Positions 51,879 to 63,192 of a DNA stretch of 64,000 bases are shown one piece after another. The notes under the pieces are model-generated. The model was not told the origin of the DNA. It was given only the letters and a program-made list of their open reading frames with translations, and ran no database searches. Source of the DNA: Synechococcus sp. (GTDB lineage: Bacteria > Cyanobacteriota > Cyanobacteriia > PCC-6307 > Cyanobiaceae); assembly GCA_047285535.1 (NCBI GenBank), contig JBJBDC010000001.1, positions 608,136-672,135 on the forward strand, read 5' to 3'. Position 1 is the first letter of the stretch. Every line of letters begins with the position of its first letter. Both the position numbers and the translations under genes were made by a program.

Positions 51879-53108
51879 ATGGCCAGCAAGCTGCCTCTCT
51901 CCGACATCGTCGGTATGGCCCTCACCACCGTTAAGGCGAACCGACTACGAAGCTTTCTCACCATGTTGGGCATTGTGATTGGCAATGCCTCGGTCATCAC
52001 GCTCGTTGGTGTGGGGCGAGGAGCACAGAACCTTGCAGAGGATCAACTCAGCAGTCTTGGAGCGAACGTGTTGTTTGTGGTTCCTGGAACCAACGACACT
52101 CGTCGGCAAGGAGTTGCGTTTCCTCGGACACTGGTGCTTGAGGATGCCAAGGCGATTGCTCAACAAGTGCCGAGTGTCAAACGTGTTGCTCCTCAAATCA
52201 CAGCCAATGAAGTCGTTCAAGCTGGTGCCAGAAGCTCTAGTGCATCCATTTCAGGCATAACCCCTGATTTCTTGCCTGTTCGCAGTTATGAGGTCGCTCA
52301 AGGGCGGTTCATCAATGCAGAGGATGAAAAAAGTGCGAAGACCGTTGTAGTGATTGGTCCTGACCTGCGCGATAAATTGTTTCCCTCACGTTCAGCCGTT
52401 GGGCAGAGCATCCGAATCAGAGATCAAAGTTTCAAAGTGATTGGAGTGATGGAGCCAAAGGGCGCCGTCTTCGGTTCAAATCAAGATGAAAACGCCTACA
52501 TCCCACTGACAACAATGGTCTCTCGGCTCACAGGCCGTGATCCCACCTATGGAGTGAGTCTTAGCTTTATCAGCGTGGAAGCTCAGGATGAGCAAAGCAC
52601 TGGAGCCGCCAAATTTCAAATCACCAACTTGCTTCGGCAACGGCATCGCATCCTGCGTAAAGATGATTTTGCGGTCAGATCTCAGAAAGACGCCCTCACC
52701 ATCGTTGGCACAATCACCGGCGGGCTAACCCTGATGCTCGCTGCTATTGGAGGTGTGTCGCTACTGGTTGGTGGTATTGGAATCATGAATATCATGTTGG
52801 TATCGGTCAGTGAGAGGACGGAAGAAATAGGTCTGCGCAAAGCCCTGGGCGCACGCAGCTCGGACGTTCTTAGACAGTTTTTGGTCGAATCACTGGTTCT
52901 GGCGAGTCTTGGCGGTGTGATCGGTACAGCTCTTGGCCTTGGGACCGTTTCTGCAGTTGCCTTGTTGACTCCCTTACCAGCCACGATTGGCGTTTCAACG
53001 ATTGCGATCACCGTTGGGCTTTCTGGCTCAATAGGCCTGTTTTTCGGTGTCGTCCCTGCCAGACGAGCAGCAATGCTCGATCCGATCGTTGCCTTGAGAA
53101 GCCTGTAG
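51879..53108 (+). CDS. ABC transporter permease (MacB/FtsX family)
   Basis: [40 protein letters not shown]. Confidence 0.92.
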   Translation: MASKLPLSDIVGMALTTVKANRLRSFLTMLGIVIGNASVITLVGVGRGAQNLAEDQLSSLGANVLFVVPGTNDTRRQGVAFPRTLVLEDAKAIAQQVPSVKRVAPQITANEVVQAGARSSSASISGITPDFLPVRSYEVAQGRFINAEDEKSAKTVVVIGPDLRDKLFPSRSAVGQSIRIRDQSFKVIGVMEPKGAVFGSNQDENAYIPLTTMVSRLTGRDPTYGVSLSFISVEAQDEQSTGAAKFQITNLLRQRHRILRKDDFAVRSQKDALTIVGTITGGLTLMLAAIGGVSLLVGGIGIMNIMLVSVSERTEEIGLRKALGARSSDVLRQFLVESLVLASLGGVIGTALGLGTVSAVALLTPLPATIGVSTIAITVGLSGSIGLFFGVVPARRAAMLDPIVALRSL

Positions 53109-53173
53109 TCAAGCCGCTGAAGCAACGGTTGAGCGGAGGAAACTCTTACAGTCTGTGCATTCTCAGTGAATCT

Positions 53174-55102
53174 ATGAATCAGCGTTGGCGTCAGATAGCC
53201 CTCTGGATTCTCCCAATAGGCGTTGCCTTACTTCTGGTGTGGCAGTTTGTTGGTAGCGGAACGCTCAATAATCTTGCTGGAACTGGTTCATCAAGCGGCG
53301 GAACAACAGTTGCGCCTAGAAACGCAGCCGTAGCTCGGATGAGTTATGGCCGATTTCTTGACTACGTTCAGTCTGGTCGAGTCACCGCAGTCGACATCTT
53401 TGACGGCGGTCGTAATGCAGTCGTGGAGGCTGTAGACCCTGATCTTGATAATCGAGTTCAAAGACTCCGTGTTGATCTTCCTGGATTAGCACCAGAATTG
53501 ATTAATACACTCAAAGAGGAAGGTATCAGTTTTGATATTCACCCACCTAAGACCAATCCACCAGCATTAGGAATTTTGGGGAACCTACTTTTTCCGTTGC
53601 TACTCATAGGCTCACTTATTTTTTTAGCACGTCGTTCTAATTCAATGCCTGGTGGCCCTGGTCAAGCGATGCAGTTTGGGAAGACAAAAGCCCGATTTGC
53701 AATGGAGGCTGATACTGGCGTGAAATTTGACGACGTAGCTGGAGTTAGTGAAGCAAAGCAAGATCTGGAAGAAGTTGTTACATTTTTGAAGCAACCTGAA
53801 CGTTTTACTTCTGTAGGAGCACAAATCCCCAAAGGTGTTTTGTTGGTTGGACCACCTGGCACAGGCAAAACGTTATTGGCAAAAGCGATTGCAGGAGAAG
53901 CTGGAGTCCCATTCTTTTCACTCTCAGGCTCTGAATTCGTTGAGATGTTTGTCGGAGTTGGTGCTAGCCGTGTCCGAGATTTGTTTAAACGCGCTAAAGA
54001 AAATAGCCCTTGTCTTATCTTTATTGATGAGATCGATGCTGTAGGACGTCAACGAGGAGCTGGTATCGGCGGTGGCAACGACGAGCGTGAACAGACTTTA
54101 AATCAATTACTCACAGAAATGGATGGTTTTGAAGGAAATAGTGGAATCATTATTCTTGCAGCCACCAACAGACCTGACGTTCTTGATTCGGCGTTGATGC
54201 GTCCTGGACGTTTCGACCGCCAAGTCACAGTCGATGCACCAGATATCAAGGGCCGACTTTCAATTCTCGAAGTTCATGCCAGAAACAAAAAACTCGATGA
54301 ACACCTAACGCTCGAAAGTATTGCGCGTAGGACTCCTGGATTTACGGGTGCTGATCTGGCTAATTTGCTTAACGAAGCAGCCATTCTTACAGCTCGACGA
54401 CGCAAGGAAAGCATTGGAATTTCTGAAATCGATGATGCTGTTGATCGCATCATTGCTGGCATGGAAGGTCACCCACTCACCGATGGTCGAAGCAAGAGAC
54501 TGATCGCTTATCACGAGGTTGGTCACGCTTTAGTGGGCACCCTTGTGAAAGATCATGATCCTGTTCAGAAAGTGACTTTGATTCCTCGTGGTCAAGCCCA
54601 GGGATTGACATGGTTTTCACCAGACGAAGAGCAAATGCTTGTGTCTCGCGCACAACTCAAAGCGCGGATCATGGGTGCTCTTGGAGGTCGAGCAGCTGAA
54701 GATGTGGTCTTTGGGCGCTCAGAAGTAACGACTGGTGCAGGGGGTGACATCCAAATGGTGGCGTCAATGGCCCGCCAAATGGTCACTCAATTTGGGATGA
54801 GTCAATTGGGTCCAATGGCCCTTGAAGGTGGGAATCAAGAAGTTTTTCTTGGGCGTGACCTGATGACTCGCAGTGATGTTTCTGATGCAATCTCCAAGAA
54901 AATAGACGAGCAAGTTCGTTTAATCGTTATGAAATGCTATGAAGAAACCGTTGAACTCGTGGGAAAGCATCGCCAAGCCATGGACAAATTGGTGGAGCAG
55001 CTGATCGAACAGGAGACAATGGATGGAGATGAATTTAGAGCTGTCGTTTCTGAATTTACCGATATTCCTGGGAAAGAGCGCTTTACTCCCCTTCTTGCTT
55101 GA
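53174..55102 (+). CDS. ftsH: ATP-dependent zinc metalloprotease FtsH (FtsH2-like)
   Basis: [18 protein letters not shown] region, HEVGH. Confidence 0.97.
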   Translation: MNQRWRQIALWILPIGVALLLVWQFVGSGTLNNLAGTGSSSGGTTVAPRNAAVARMSYGRFLDYVQSGRVTAVDIFDGGRNAVVEAVDPDLDNRVQRLRVDLPGLAPELINTLKEEGISFDIHPPKTNPPALGILGNLLFPLLLIGSLIFLARRSNSMPGGPGQAMQFGKTKARFAMEADTGVKFDDVAGVSEAKQDLEEVVTFLKQPERFTSVGAQIPKGVLLVGPPGTGKTLLAKAIAGEAGVPFFSLSGSEFVEMFVGVGASRVRDLFKRAKENSPCLIFIDEIDAVGRQRGAGIGGGNDEREQTLNQLLTEMDGFEGNSGIIILAATNRPDVLDSALMRPGRFDRQVTVDAPDIKGRLSILEVHARNKKLDEHLTLESIARRTPGFTGADLANLLNEAAILTARRRKESIGISEIDDAVDRIIAGMEGHPLTDGRSKRLIAYHEVGHALVGTLVKDHDPVQKVTLIPRGQAQGLTWFSPDEEQMLVSRAQLKARIMGALGGRAAEDVVFGRSEVTTGAGGDIQMVASMARQMVTQFGMSQLGPMALEGGNQEVFLGRDLMTRSDVSDAISKKIDEQVRLIVMKCYEETVELVGKHRQAMDKLVEQLIEQETMDGDEFRAVVSEFTDIPGKERFTPLLA

Positions 55103-55112
55103 GCGAAAGAAA

Positions 55113-55151
55113 AACCTGAACCAATTAGTGTCTACTTAAATGGTTCAGGTT
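55113..55151. terminator. Inverted repeat between convergent ftsH and clpP
   Basis: AACCTGAACCA (55113-55123) pairs with TGGTTCAGGTT (55141-55151). Confidence 0.6.
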
Positions 55152-55200
55152 CTGTACTAATCAGGATCGGCGTTAAACCAACATCATCGGAGGTAGTATT

Positions 55201-55791
55201 TCAAACAGAATGGACAGGACTTTTATCAATCACGTTATCAATAAGACCATATTGCATCGCTTCTTGAGGTGACATAAAGAAATCTCTATCAGTATCTGTT
55301 TGTATTTTTTCCAGAGCCTGACCTGTTCGGTCAGCCAATTCACGATTCAGGCGATCCTTAAGGAATAAAATTTCATCAGCTTGAATTCGAATATCACTGG
55401 CCTGACCACTCGCTCCTCCTAACGGCTGATGGATCATGATTCTTGAATGCTGAAGACTACTTCGCTTGCCCTTGGCTCCTGAACAGAGAAGAAATGCACC
55501 CATACTGGCCGCAAGTCCAACGCATACCGTATGAACATCTGGCTTGATGTGTTGCATGGTGTCAAAGATTCCAAGTCCGTCATAAACAGAGCCACCTGGA
55601 GAATTGACATACAAGAAGATTTCCTTTTCAGGGTCTTCCGCCTCAAGAAACAGAAGCTGAGCCACAATTCGGTTCGCGGAATCGCTCGTGACGGGCTCAC
55701 CCAAAAAAATGATTCGTTCTCTTAAGAGACGGGAATAAATATCAAAAGCCCTTTCTCCTCGTCCAGATTCCTCGATCACGATCGGGATCAT
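55201..55791 (-). CDS. clpP: ATP-dependent Clp protease proteolytic subunit
   Basis: [38 protein letters not shown]. Confidence 0.97.
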   Translation of the reverse strand: MIPIVIEESGRGERAFDIYSRLLRERIIFLGEPVTSDSANRIVAQLLFLEAEDPEKEIFLYVNSPGGSVYDGLGIFDTMQHIKPDVHTVCVGLAASMGAFLLCSGAKGKRSSLQHSRIMIHQPLGGASGQASDIRIQADEILFLKDRLNRELADRTGQALEKIQTDTDRDFFMSPQEAMQYGLIDNVIDKSPVHSV

Positions 55792-55872
55792 GTTGCATAG
55801 TGCCAATTGGAATAATCCTAACGGCGGCATCAGCGGCGCTATGGTCTTAAGTCAAAATCGGGTTGAAGGACC

Positions 55873-56601
55873 TTGACGGATCATCAAACGATCGCTGACA
55901 GCAAGCGTGCCTTCCATAAAGCGTTTCCCTATGTGATTCCTTCCCTTTACAGGAGGACGGCAGACGAGCTCTTGGTAGAGCTGCATCTTCTTAGTCATCA
56001 ACAGCATTTCAAAAGCGATGCCTTATTTGCTGTTGGCTTGCGACAGGTTTTTACTGCTTTCACGAAGGGGTACAAGCCTGAAGCCCATCTGGAAGAACTC
56101 TATTCAGCTCTCTGCACCAGCAATGGATTTGATCCGCTTGTCTTGAAACAACTGGCTGAAGGATCTACATCAGCGGTCTCAGGTCACAGCATCGATGAGG
56201 TTCGGGAATGGCTTTCCAACCGAGGAAGTGGAGCTCCTGAACCTTTGGCGAGCGGTCTTGCCAGCGTTGGTGGGGGATCGTTTCACTACTCGCGATTGAT
56301 GGCCGTCGGCTTGCTGAGCTTGCTTTCCGCCGCCCAAGGAGGGGAACCATCCGATCCAGAACATCTCAAAAATCTGGCTCACCAAATTGGTGAGCAGTTG
56401 GGCCTATCCAAGCCCCGTCTCGATAAAGATCTCGGCCTCTACAAATCAAACCTTGAAAAAATGGCTCAGGCCGTTGAGCTCATTGAGGAAACCTTGGCAG
56501 CAGAACGACGCAAGAGGGACCGCAAACAGAGTGGTGCTCAGTCTGAAGCCTCTGAAGTGGCAGGCTCAGATGAGGCACCCTCTGATGTGAGCACTAATTG
56601 A
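55873..56601 (+). CDS. psb29: Photosystem II biogenesis protein Psb29/Thf1
   Basis: TIADSKRAFH, ELLVELHLL, YSRLMAVGL, KDLGLYKSNLEKM. Confidence 0.94.
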   Translation: MTDHQTIADSKRAFHKAFPYVIPSLYRRTADELLVELHLLSHQQHFKSDALFAVGLRQVFTAFTKGYKPEAHLEELYSALCTSNGFDPLVLKQLAEGSTSAVSGHSIDEVREWLSNRGSGAPEPLASGLASVGGGSFHYSRLMAVGLLSLLSAAQGGEPSDPEHLKNLAHQIGEQLGLSKPRLDKDLGLYKSNLEKMAQAVELIEETLAAERRKRDRKQSGAQSEASEVAGSDEAPSDVSTN

Positions 56602-58031
56602 CCACGGATTTCCCACCAAGATTGCTGCCTCCTGGCACTCGGATCTAAAGACGCGATAGCCGGTTTGATGCGAACAGTCAAAGAATCTGCTTGTTTAAGA
56701 AGAGCAGGCCAGGAACCACTCATGAGTCCCAGAGAAGAAAGGCCTCGAGGTCGTGCATTGAATAGCAAAACTGAATGATCTGGAGCTGGAATTTTGTGAT
56801 AAAAGGGTTTCTTTTCAGGGAGTATCGCCAGTCCAGCACTTAAAAGTTCTGGATGATTACTTTGTTGCAACCAACGCCAACCGCCCACAATTCGAGACTT
56901 TCCATCATGGTTGTCAGTCCAGATCTTTGTACTCCCAGGTTGACCCTTGACTTGAGAGGGTTTTTGCAGCTGAAAGCCCCTTTCTTTAAGGCGTTGACTC
57001 ACACGATTTAGCACCGATCCCCAAGTAGCTGCCCCTCCGGGTAAAGGGGCTTGAAATTGAAGGCCTGCTCGATAAGAACCTTGCTCCTGCTGCTCTAAAC
57101 GTAGCGAGAATGGTGCATTGGCTAGCTCTGCACGAACAGATTGATCAACTCCATACAGCGATTCCAAAGGCTGCTGAATGATTTGCCGATTGAGCAACGT
57201 CCCGAGCATTAAATCAACACGTTCACCATGAACTTCCATCAGGCTGGTCTGGTCCAGATCAGAAGGCATCTGACGATGAGAAGCAGAAATAATCCAACCT
57301 TTCTTCGGCTGCACTGCAGCTACAGCGAGCGATCTGTCACCAACGATTCCACCCCAAATGAGCTTGTTGCCACTTAAACGAAGCGCAAGACAGCCGTAAC
57401 GGGCTTGTTGCAGCAACGGTGCCATTGTCCCGCTGATGACAGCCAGAGCATCGCCAGTCCAGTAAACAGCTGGAGCCTTGGCCAGACGCTGCATACAGCG
57501 GTTCTGAAGCGAGTTTGGTTGAGCAGGAAGTTCTGGCTGATGTTTGAGCCTTTCAATCAATTGTTGACGATGTAGCTCATCAGAGCCGAGCATCGTCAAT
57601 CCCAAAACTTGATGCTTGCGAAGATTCTTAGTGTTGTCAGCGATGAGATGATCGGGAAGGATTAAATAGGCATCGCCATCCTCTGACCATCCCTGCCACC
57701 AAACGGAACGACCCTGTCGTCTCCATAAGTCGGCAGCACGAGTCAGCCCAAGTCGCTGATTCCAAAGCTGTGGAGCAGGCCGACCTGAATCTCCTTGAAA
57801 AGCCTGAATCAAGCTGAAAGCAGCAGAAACACGACTCAATCCAGCAGGGATGCCTGTGACCTCCTGCACCGGGTCGGTCAGCAGGATGCCAAAAAAACCG
57901 CTTAACAAAACAGTCGCTAAGCCCAAAGAAGTGACGGGCAGAGACTGAACTGTGGATCGATAGCTGGAGATCTTCAGAGGGGAGTCAGTTGGGACCACTG
58001 GAACGCCTTCGACGACGATCCTTCCACTCAA
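56538..58031 (-). CDS. Hypothetical membrane-anchored protein (true start probably downstream of 58031)
   Basis: Long ORF with an N-terminal hydrophobic segment; track start overlaps the upstream 49-aa ORF. Confidence 0.7.
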   Translation of the reverse strand: MSGRIVVEGVPVVPTDSPLKISSYRSTVQSLPVTSLGLATVLLSGFFGILLTDPVQEVTGIPAGLSRVSAAFSLIQAFQGDSGRPAPQLWNQRLGLTRAADLWRRQGRSVWWQGWSEDGDAYLILPDHLIADNTKNLRKHQVLGLTMLGSDELHRQQLIERLKHQPELPAQPNSLQNRCMQRLAKAPAVYWTGDALAVISGTMAPLLQQARYGCLALRLSGNKLIWGGIVGDRSLAVAAVQPKKGWIISASHRQMPSDLDQTSLMEVHGERVDLMLGTLLNRQIIQQPLESLYGVDQSVRAELANAPFSLRLEQQEQGSYRAGLQFQAPLPGGAATWGSVLNRVSQRLKERGFQLQKPSQVKGQPGSTKIWTDNHDGKSRIVGGWRWLQQSNHPELLSAGLAILPEKKPFYHKIPAPDHSVLLFNARPRGLSSLGLMSGSWPALLKQADSLTVRIKPAIASLDPSARRQQSWWEIRGQLVLTSEGASSEPATSEASD

Positions 58032-58134
58032 CAGCGGAAAGATAAACGACGATCACACTGACAAAAACCAAAAGGACAGAAGCGATGAGCGCCAGTACCT
58101 GACTGACGATGGGAGCTTGCAGTGTTTCGCTCAC
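57985..58134 (-). CDS. Small single-pass membrane protein (49 aa), not in the ORF track
   Basis: GTG start 1 nt after the petN stop; MSETLQAPIVSQVLALIASVLLVFVSVIVVYLSAVEWKDRRRRRSSGPN. Confidence 0.75.
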   Translation of the reverse strand: MSETLQAPIVSQVLALIASVLLVFVSVIVVYLSAVEWKDRRRRRSSGPN

Positions 58135-58135
58135 T

Positions 58136-58237
58136 TCAGAAGTTCAGCGTGCCATCACCATTACGGCCCCAAACCACCATCGCGATTGAAAAGCTGAAGA
58201 CAGCAGCAAGGGATGCCCAGGCAACAGTAAACAACAT
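58136..58237 (-). CDS. petN: Cytochrome b6f subunit PetN
   Basis: Manual translation [33 protein letters not shown]. Confidence 0.96.
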   Translation of the reverse strand: MLFTVAWASLAAVFSFSIAMVVWGRNGDGTLNF

Positions 58238-58315
58238 TGAAATGACGCTTGAATGGGAACAGTTTACCTAGGTTCTTCCGGTGAACTGACTGGTTTGTTC
58301 ATTCCTTTACTTCTT

Positions 58316-58612
58316 ATGACGATGACCACTCCTGGAACTACGAGCGTTGTTCAGCAAGAACGCACAACGATGCGATACCCCAATGCCAGAGTCATCGTTC
58401 TGAACGATGACTTCAATACTTTTGAACATGTGGTGGAGTGTCTTTGCAAAATCATCCCCGGAATGAACAGCGATAAAGCTTGGTCACTCGCTCATCAAGT
58501 TGATCAAGAGGGTGCCTCAGAAGTCTGGGCGGGTCCTCTCGAACCCGCAGAGTTGTATCACCAGCAGCTCACGAGTAAGGGACTCACCATGGCTCCACTT
58601 GAGCGTAACTAA
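58316..58612 (+). CDS. clpS: Clp protease adaptor ClpS
   Basis: VIVLNDDFNTFEHV, GLTMAPLE. Confidence 0.94.
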   Translation: MTMTTPGTTSVVQQERTTMRYPNARVIVLNDDFNTFEHVVECLCKIIPGMNSDKAWSLAHQVDQEGASEVWAGPLEPAELYHQQLTSKGLTMAPLERN

Positions 58613-58617
58613 TAAAA

Positions 58618-60018
58618 ATGACCACTTCCATTGAAATGAACAGTTTCAAAGGACTTCGTTGGTCCACTTTGCTCCGATTGAGTTTGTTTCAAGCTTGCTT
58701 AGGAACCCTGGCGGTACTTTTTACTGGTACCTTCAATCGAATTTTGATCACAGAACTTTCGTTTCCAGCTCTCCTTGCTGGCGGTGGACTTGCATTTGAA
58801 CAACTTGTCTCACCAGCCCGAGTGCTGTTCGGTCATCTCAGTGACTCAAATCCATTGTTTGGTAGGTATCGAACTCCCTATGTTCTTTTAGGAACGATTG
58901 CGATCTGCCTGTTAGCGATTCTCAGTGTACCGGTGAGCTTCAGGGTGAAAGAAGCCCTTGATAGTGGTTCTCCCCTACTAGCCAGCGCAGGAATTGCTGC
59001 ATTCTGTGGTTTATTCGCTTTGTATGGACTTGGCACGTCCATGGCAAGCACGTGTTATCTAGCTCTCGTCATCGATCGCACTACCGAAGAACAAAGATCG
59101 AGATGCATCGCTGTGATCTGGTCGATGCTCACGGTTGGAATCATTGTCGGAGCCATTGCCATCAGTCTTGCCGTCCGCAGGATCGATGGCATTTCAGATC
59201 CAATAATCCTGCAAAGCTGGCTTCAGAAATTCATGATTGTCATCACAGCGATCGTCATGTCATTAGCGATTATCTCCACATGGGGAGTGGAACAACCAAC
59301 AGGAACTGGCAATACTTCTGCCATTCAGGATCTAATCACCATTCGAGATGCCTGGGGGGTGATCAGCACGAGTCGACAGATCATGGTCTTCTTTGGCTTT
59401 CTTGTATTGTTCACTCTCGGGCTTTTTCTTCAAGATCCAATTCTGGAAAGTTTTGGAGCTGAAGTCTTTGCAATGCCAGTTTCAAAGACCACTCTTCTTA
59501 ATGCATGGTGGGGATCAGGAACACTTGTGGGCTTGATGACAGCTGGCTGGTTTATTACACCAAAAATTGGAAAACTATCAACAGCACGACTTGGTTGCTG
59601 GCTGGTTATGGGATCGTTGTTGCTTTTGCTGATCAGCGGATGGCGGCAAGTTTCTGGGTTCTTGCCTGTCGTGATGCTGATCTTCGGCCTAGCCGCTGGT
59701 ATCAGCTCAAACAGTGCATTGACCCTAATGCTTGATCTGACATTGCCTGAAATGGCAGGTACTTTTGTAGGAATTTGGGGATTAGCTCAGGCTCTGTCCC
59801 GCGGTTTCGGAAAAGTGATTGGTGGCGGTCTGCTCGATCTTGGCCGACACGTCCTACCCAATGCCGGTCCTATGGCTGGTTACGCACTGGTGTTCTCAAT
59901 AGAAATTATTGTGATGGCTTGTGCCCTGATTGTATTAAATCAACTCAGCATCAACAAATTCAAGGAAACGACAACACAACGTCTTGAGATGGTTTTGATG
60001 GCGGAAATAGACGGTTGA
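58618..60018 (+). CDS. BCD-family (PucC-like) MFS transporter
   Basis: LRLSLFQ, FNRILITEL, LQDPILESFG, LTLMLDLT, GIWGLAQA. Confidence 0.88.
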   Translation: MTTSIEMNSFKGLRWSTLLRLSLFQACLGTLAVLFTGTFNRILITELSFPALLAGGGLAFEQLVSPARVLFGHLSDSNPLFGRYRTPYVLLGTIAICLLAILSVPVSFRVKEALDSGSPLLASAGIAAFCGLFALYGLGTSMASTCYLALVIDRTTEEQRSRCIAVIWSMLTVGIIVGAIAISLAVRRIDGISDPIILQSWLQKFMIVITAIVMSLAIISTWGVEQPTGTGNTSAIQDLITIRDAWGVISTSRQIMVFFGFLVLFTLGLFLQDPILESFGAEVFAMPVSKTTLLNAWWGSGTLVGLMTAGWFITPKIGKLSTARLGCWLVMGSLLLLLISGWRQVSGFLPVVMLIFGLAAGISSNSALTLMLDLTLPEMAGTFVGIWGLAQALSRGFGKVIGGGLLDLGRHVLPNAGPMAGYALVFSIEIIVMACALIVLNQLSINKFKETTTQRLEMVLMAEIDG

Positions 60019-60019
60019 G

Positions 60020-60247
60020 TCAAGCAGCGGGTGTACTAGAGGAACAGGTCAAGGACAACATAGCCTTGGTTCGCAGTCGTTGGTGCTGGGCTGTGAAAAC
60101 ATATTGAACAACTTTGCCTGGACAAAGGGCGAGGCCCCTTACTTCGTCACCATGAACTTCGGTGGTCAGAATTTTGGCTTTTGGACCCATGCGCGATCTC
60201 AGAGGACCTGAGACCTCATTCCTGAGTGAATCGACTGATCGGAGCAT
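60020..60247 (-). CDS. Conserved hypothetical small protein
   Basis: 75-aa ATG ORF filling the gap between core genes; EVHGDEVRGLALCPGKV. Confidence 0.65.
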   Translation of the reverse strand: MLRSVDSLRNEVSGPLRSRMGPKAKILTTEVHGDEVRGLALCPGKVVQYVFTAQHQRLRTKAMLSLTCSSSTPAA

Positions 60248-60319
60248 GACTCACATTGAACACCTAACTGTTCTCTAGCCAAATTGGCTAAATTAAACAA
60301 TCTAGATTTTGAATCCAGG

Positions 60320-60604
60320 GTGGGTCGTCTTGTCGTCACACACAGCACCTACTTGAAAGGGTTGATTCCTTGGCTTAGGGAACTGGCAAGTGATCCACAA
60401 GTGCAGACCATCACACCAGGAGTGATTGCACGAGTCAAAGGTCGTTGCCAGGAGCTAACACTGAGGCCCTCCATCCCGATCAAAGGGGGATTTAAACTGA
60501 TGGCACGTCGAGGAGGAAGCGCTCAGGAGGTCTTTGTTATCACGACTCTCGATAAACCTGCCTTGATCGATCGGATTGCATCTACCAAATCGACTAATTA
60601 TTGA
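60320..60604 (+). CDS. DUF2103-family protein
   Basis: GRLVVTHSTY..GLIP, TITPGVI, GGFKLMARRG..AQEVF; GTG start at 60320. Confidence 0.85.
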   Translation: MGRLVVTHSTYLKGLIPWLRELASDPQVQTITPGVIARVKGRCQELTLRPSIPIKGGFKLMARRGGSAQEVFVITTLDKPALIDRIASTKSTNY

Positions 60605-61020
60605 CTGATTATAACTATCACGAAGTCGACATAGTTGATCCAGAATCAATGAAATTAAAATTTCGCACTGAATCAAGTATTAGGCTATTTCAAATATTCA
60701 ACCGACAAGTATTCGAGGCATGACAATGAATCATTTGATCATCTTTTGTATTTCACAGAAAAAGGCGGTAATAAAATCGGATAATGTCAATAGATTAATC
60801 AGCGGAATATGGCTGACACAAGCTCGTTAGAGCCAAGCAATAGTTCACTTACTGCAATTGAATCAAAGAAGCCTGCCCTTGAAAATGATATTTTAACCTA
60901 ATCTTGAAAGGATTGGTTTTTAAAACAAACGATTCCCCATCAAATATTGGATTATAGATTATGATCGCACTAAAGAGGTGAACAGACTTTCACGTTATCA
61001 GGAATCACTAGGGGCTTTCC

Positions 61021-61221
61021 ATGTCTATAGACAACCGCTGCAAGGAGCAACAGACAACAGCCAAGCAAATGGTTATCGACTTCAAGCACACCAAACCTGG
61101 CTCTAATGAGCAGCTACGTGCACTGATAACCCTGAGTTTTTTAGTCGGCATGTGGTCTGACTTCCTCAAACATGAGGTAGAGAGAATGGATTTTGCACTA
61201 GAGCTAGAAGCAAACATCTAG
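61021..61221 (+). CDS. Small hypothetical protein, picocyanobacterial type
   Basis: 66 aa; DFKHTKPGSNEQLRAL..LSFLVGMW resembles a small family I recall from marine picocyanobacteria (not verified). Confidence 0.65.
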   Translation: MSIDNRCKEQQTTAKQMVIDFKHTKPGSNEQLRALITLSFLVGMWSDFLKHEVERMDFALELEANI

Positions 61222-61875
61222 CGTTATTCAAATTCCAAGGGATAGAGTAAAGAAGACACATTCTTAATACCGGCTATTCCAAAGATATCACTCCCTTCTA
61301 CTGCTCAAAACACCGTGGACATTAGCCTTGTCTTCGTCTCTGGAGATGTTTATTGATTTCTTGTCAAGATAATCAATCTAATAGCAAACTTAGCCAACCT
61401 TAATATAGACAGACTAATGTCTGACCCCCGACAGAATAACAAAATCCCTCTCTGGTTCACACTTGACATCGCATGCAGTCAAAAAAGCAAACTCAATACC
61501 GAGCAATATCCAAACTATCCCAATCATGTGCTTAAAATGTTCGCTAAGCGAATGACATGATTTCAATCAAACTGAGAGCGAATAACCTTTGTTCGTGAAA
61601 CGCCTGAATGCGTTTGATTTCGCTCAACGCTGATATTTACGCTTAAGTAGTTGCAGTCTCTAGTTGTCAGTGCACCAGTCCAACATTGAGAGCCTGTTAC
61701 ATCCAGTCAATTTAAGGAGAATACGCACTGATCGACTGAGTTACAACCTAGGGGGAATTGGCATTGAGATCAGTCAATCCAAGAGTGATGCATCGATAAG
61801 GTGTGTAGCGGACAACCTTACAGCTACCTGCATATCGAAGCGTTCAATACACATCATCGCCAGTGAATTAAGGAA

Positions 61876-62094
61876 ATGACATTCAGATTTATATCACTAT
61901 CATTTCTTCTTCAGTTCTTTGGTACTCCAGCTGTTATATCAGCTGAAAAAGCTTCACTTTCATTTGGACCGGTTGCAGTACCAAGTCGTCTCATGACTCA
62001 ATGCATAATCCAGGAAAAAATCAACCGTCCTGTCTCACATCCAGACTTCAAAACAGAATGCAAATCACATAACATTGACTATTCAAAATATTGA
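61876..62094 (+). CDS. Small putative secreted protein
   Basis: AAGGA upstream of ATG; hydrophobic leader ending VISA; two Cys. Confidence 0.45.
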   Translation: MTFRFISLSFLLQFFGTPAVISAEKASLSFGPVAVPSRLMTQCIIQEKINRPVSHPDFKTECKSHNIDYSKY

Positions 62095-62176
62095 AGCAAC
62101 TCTCTAGGTACCAATTGATCTCAAGAGTGCAAGAAAAGCTTGCAGCAAACCACTGCTGAGAATCGAAGAATACAAG

Positions 62177-62416
62177 ATGTTTCTCTGTTTAACCTATCAA
62201 GAAGGCTGAGTAAAGAGAACAGAGCATGAAGTTAATCGCTGTTACTTTGAGGCAGAAGATTGCTGATGACGAGGCTGGAGTGTTGCATGTCTTGATGTTC
62301 TTGAAGCCGCTGAAACCATAAATGTGGCTGGTCTTTTGCGAAGGTTTCCTAAGTGGGATGTGGTGAGAGTTGTCGCAGGTGAGACTTCGCAACACAGTGT
62401 GCAATCATTAGGGTAA
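62177..62416 (+). pseudogene. Degraded 80-codon frame with three in-frame TGA stops
   Basis: MFLCLTYQEG*VKRTEHEVNRCYFEAEDC**RGWSVACLDVLEAAETINVAGLLRRFPKWDVVRVV...; TGA at 62207, 62264 and 62267. Confidence 0.45.
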
Positions 62417-62445
62417 ACCGCTCTGCCGTGGGAGCCCCAGTGTTC
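62400..62445 (+). repeat. 46-bp direct copy of an internal 6S RNA segment
   Basis: 44/46 identical to 63361-63406; last 30 bp identical. Confidence 0.95.
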
Positions 62446-62805
62446 ATCTAGAAAACTGGGTGAGCACTACCCGTTCAACTTAAGCTGCACCTGTACGAAA
62501 ATGATTATCACTTATGCAACACATTGCCTCGGTATTATTACTGTTCGGCTAACCATCATATAAGTATTTGCACTGATCGTTTAACCGCTAAGCATTTATA
62601 CAGAACCCCTATATCGATCCTGTATCGGTCCACTTTGAATAACAATCAAGAAAGCTAATCCAGAACGCTCTGAGACACGCCTACAAGCCTCTGCAAGCAG
62701 CGAAAGAATAATACGTATATCAATCAATCACAAATGCAACGCGTTGTAGAGCCTTAGAGGTACTATTATTGTTTAAGGTTTCATGAAAGAATTTAAAAGA
62801 ACTAA

Positions 62806-63192
62806 ATGCGCAATTTAATAAGCTTTTTCTCGGTTGGAATAATGTTCGCCGCTAATCAAGTACATGCGGGTGAACCATGGGGAATTTATAGAACTTCATT
62901 GTCTCATCGCCCAACTCTATATCGATACGCTGGTCACCACGACCGCATTCTGTATGTTCAAGAAAAAGACCCCCAAACGAATTTAATCGAAACTCTAAGG
63001 GTTGACTGCGATGGAATGAAAATAATCGTGCTTGGTGAAAAGAAAGAATGGAAAAAAATAGAGGGCATATGGATAAACCAATTAGGTAAAACCTCTAGCA
63101 TATTTATTCCTCGTAAGTTTAAGTTTTGGTGTTTTCCTGGAGGTGAACCTAGAGATATGACTTGGCCTGACTGCAAATGCCCATGTAAGTAG
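62806..63192 (+). CDS. Putative secreted hypothetical protein
   Basis: Signal peptide ending VHA; AT-rich; Cys-rich C-terminus (DCKCPCK). Confidence 0.65.
   Translation: MRNLISFFSVGIMFAANQVHAGEPWGIYRTSLSHRPTLYRYAGHHDRILYVQEKDPQTNLIETLRVDCDGMKIIVLGEKKEWKKIEGIWINQLGKTSSIFIPRKFKFWCFPGGEPRDMTWPDCKCPCK

Noticed and set aside
60890..60910. TTTAACCT half-site as a Pho (SphR) box
   Set aside because: Only one good half-site in AT-rich DNA; the required tandem repeat is not convincing.
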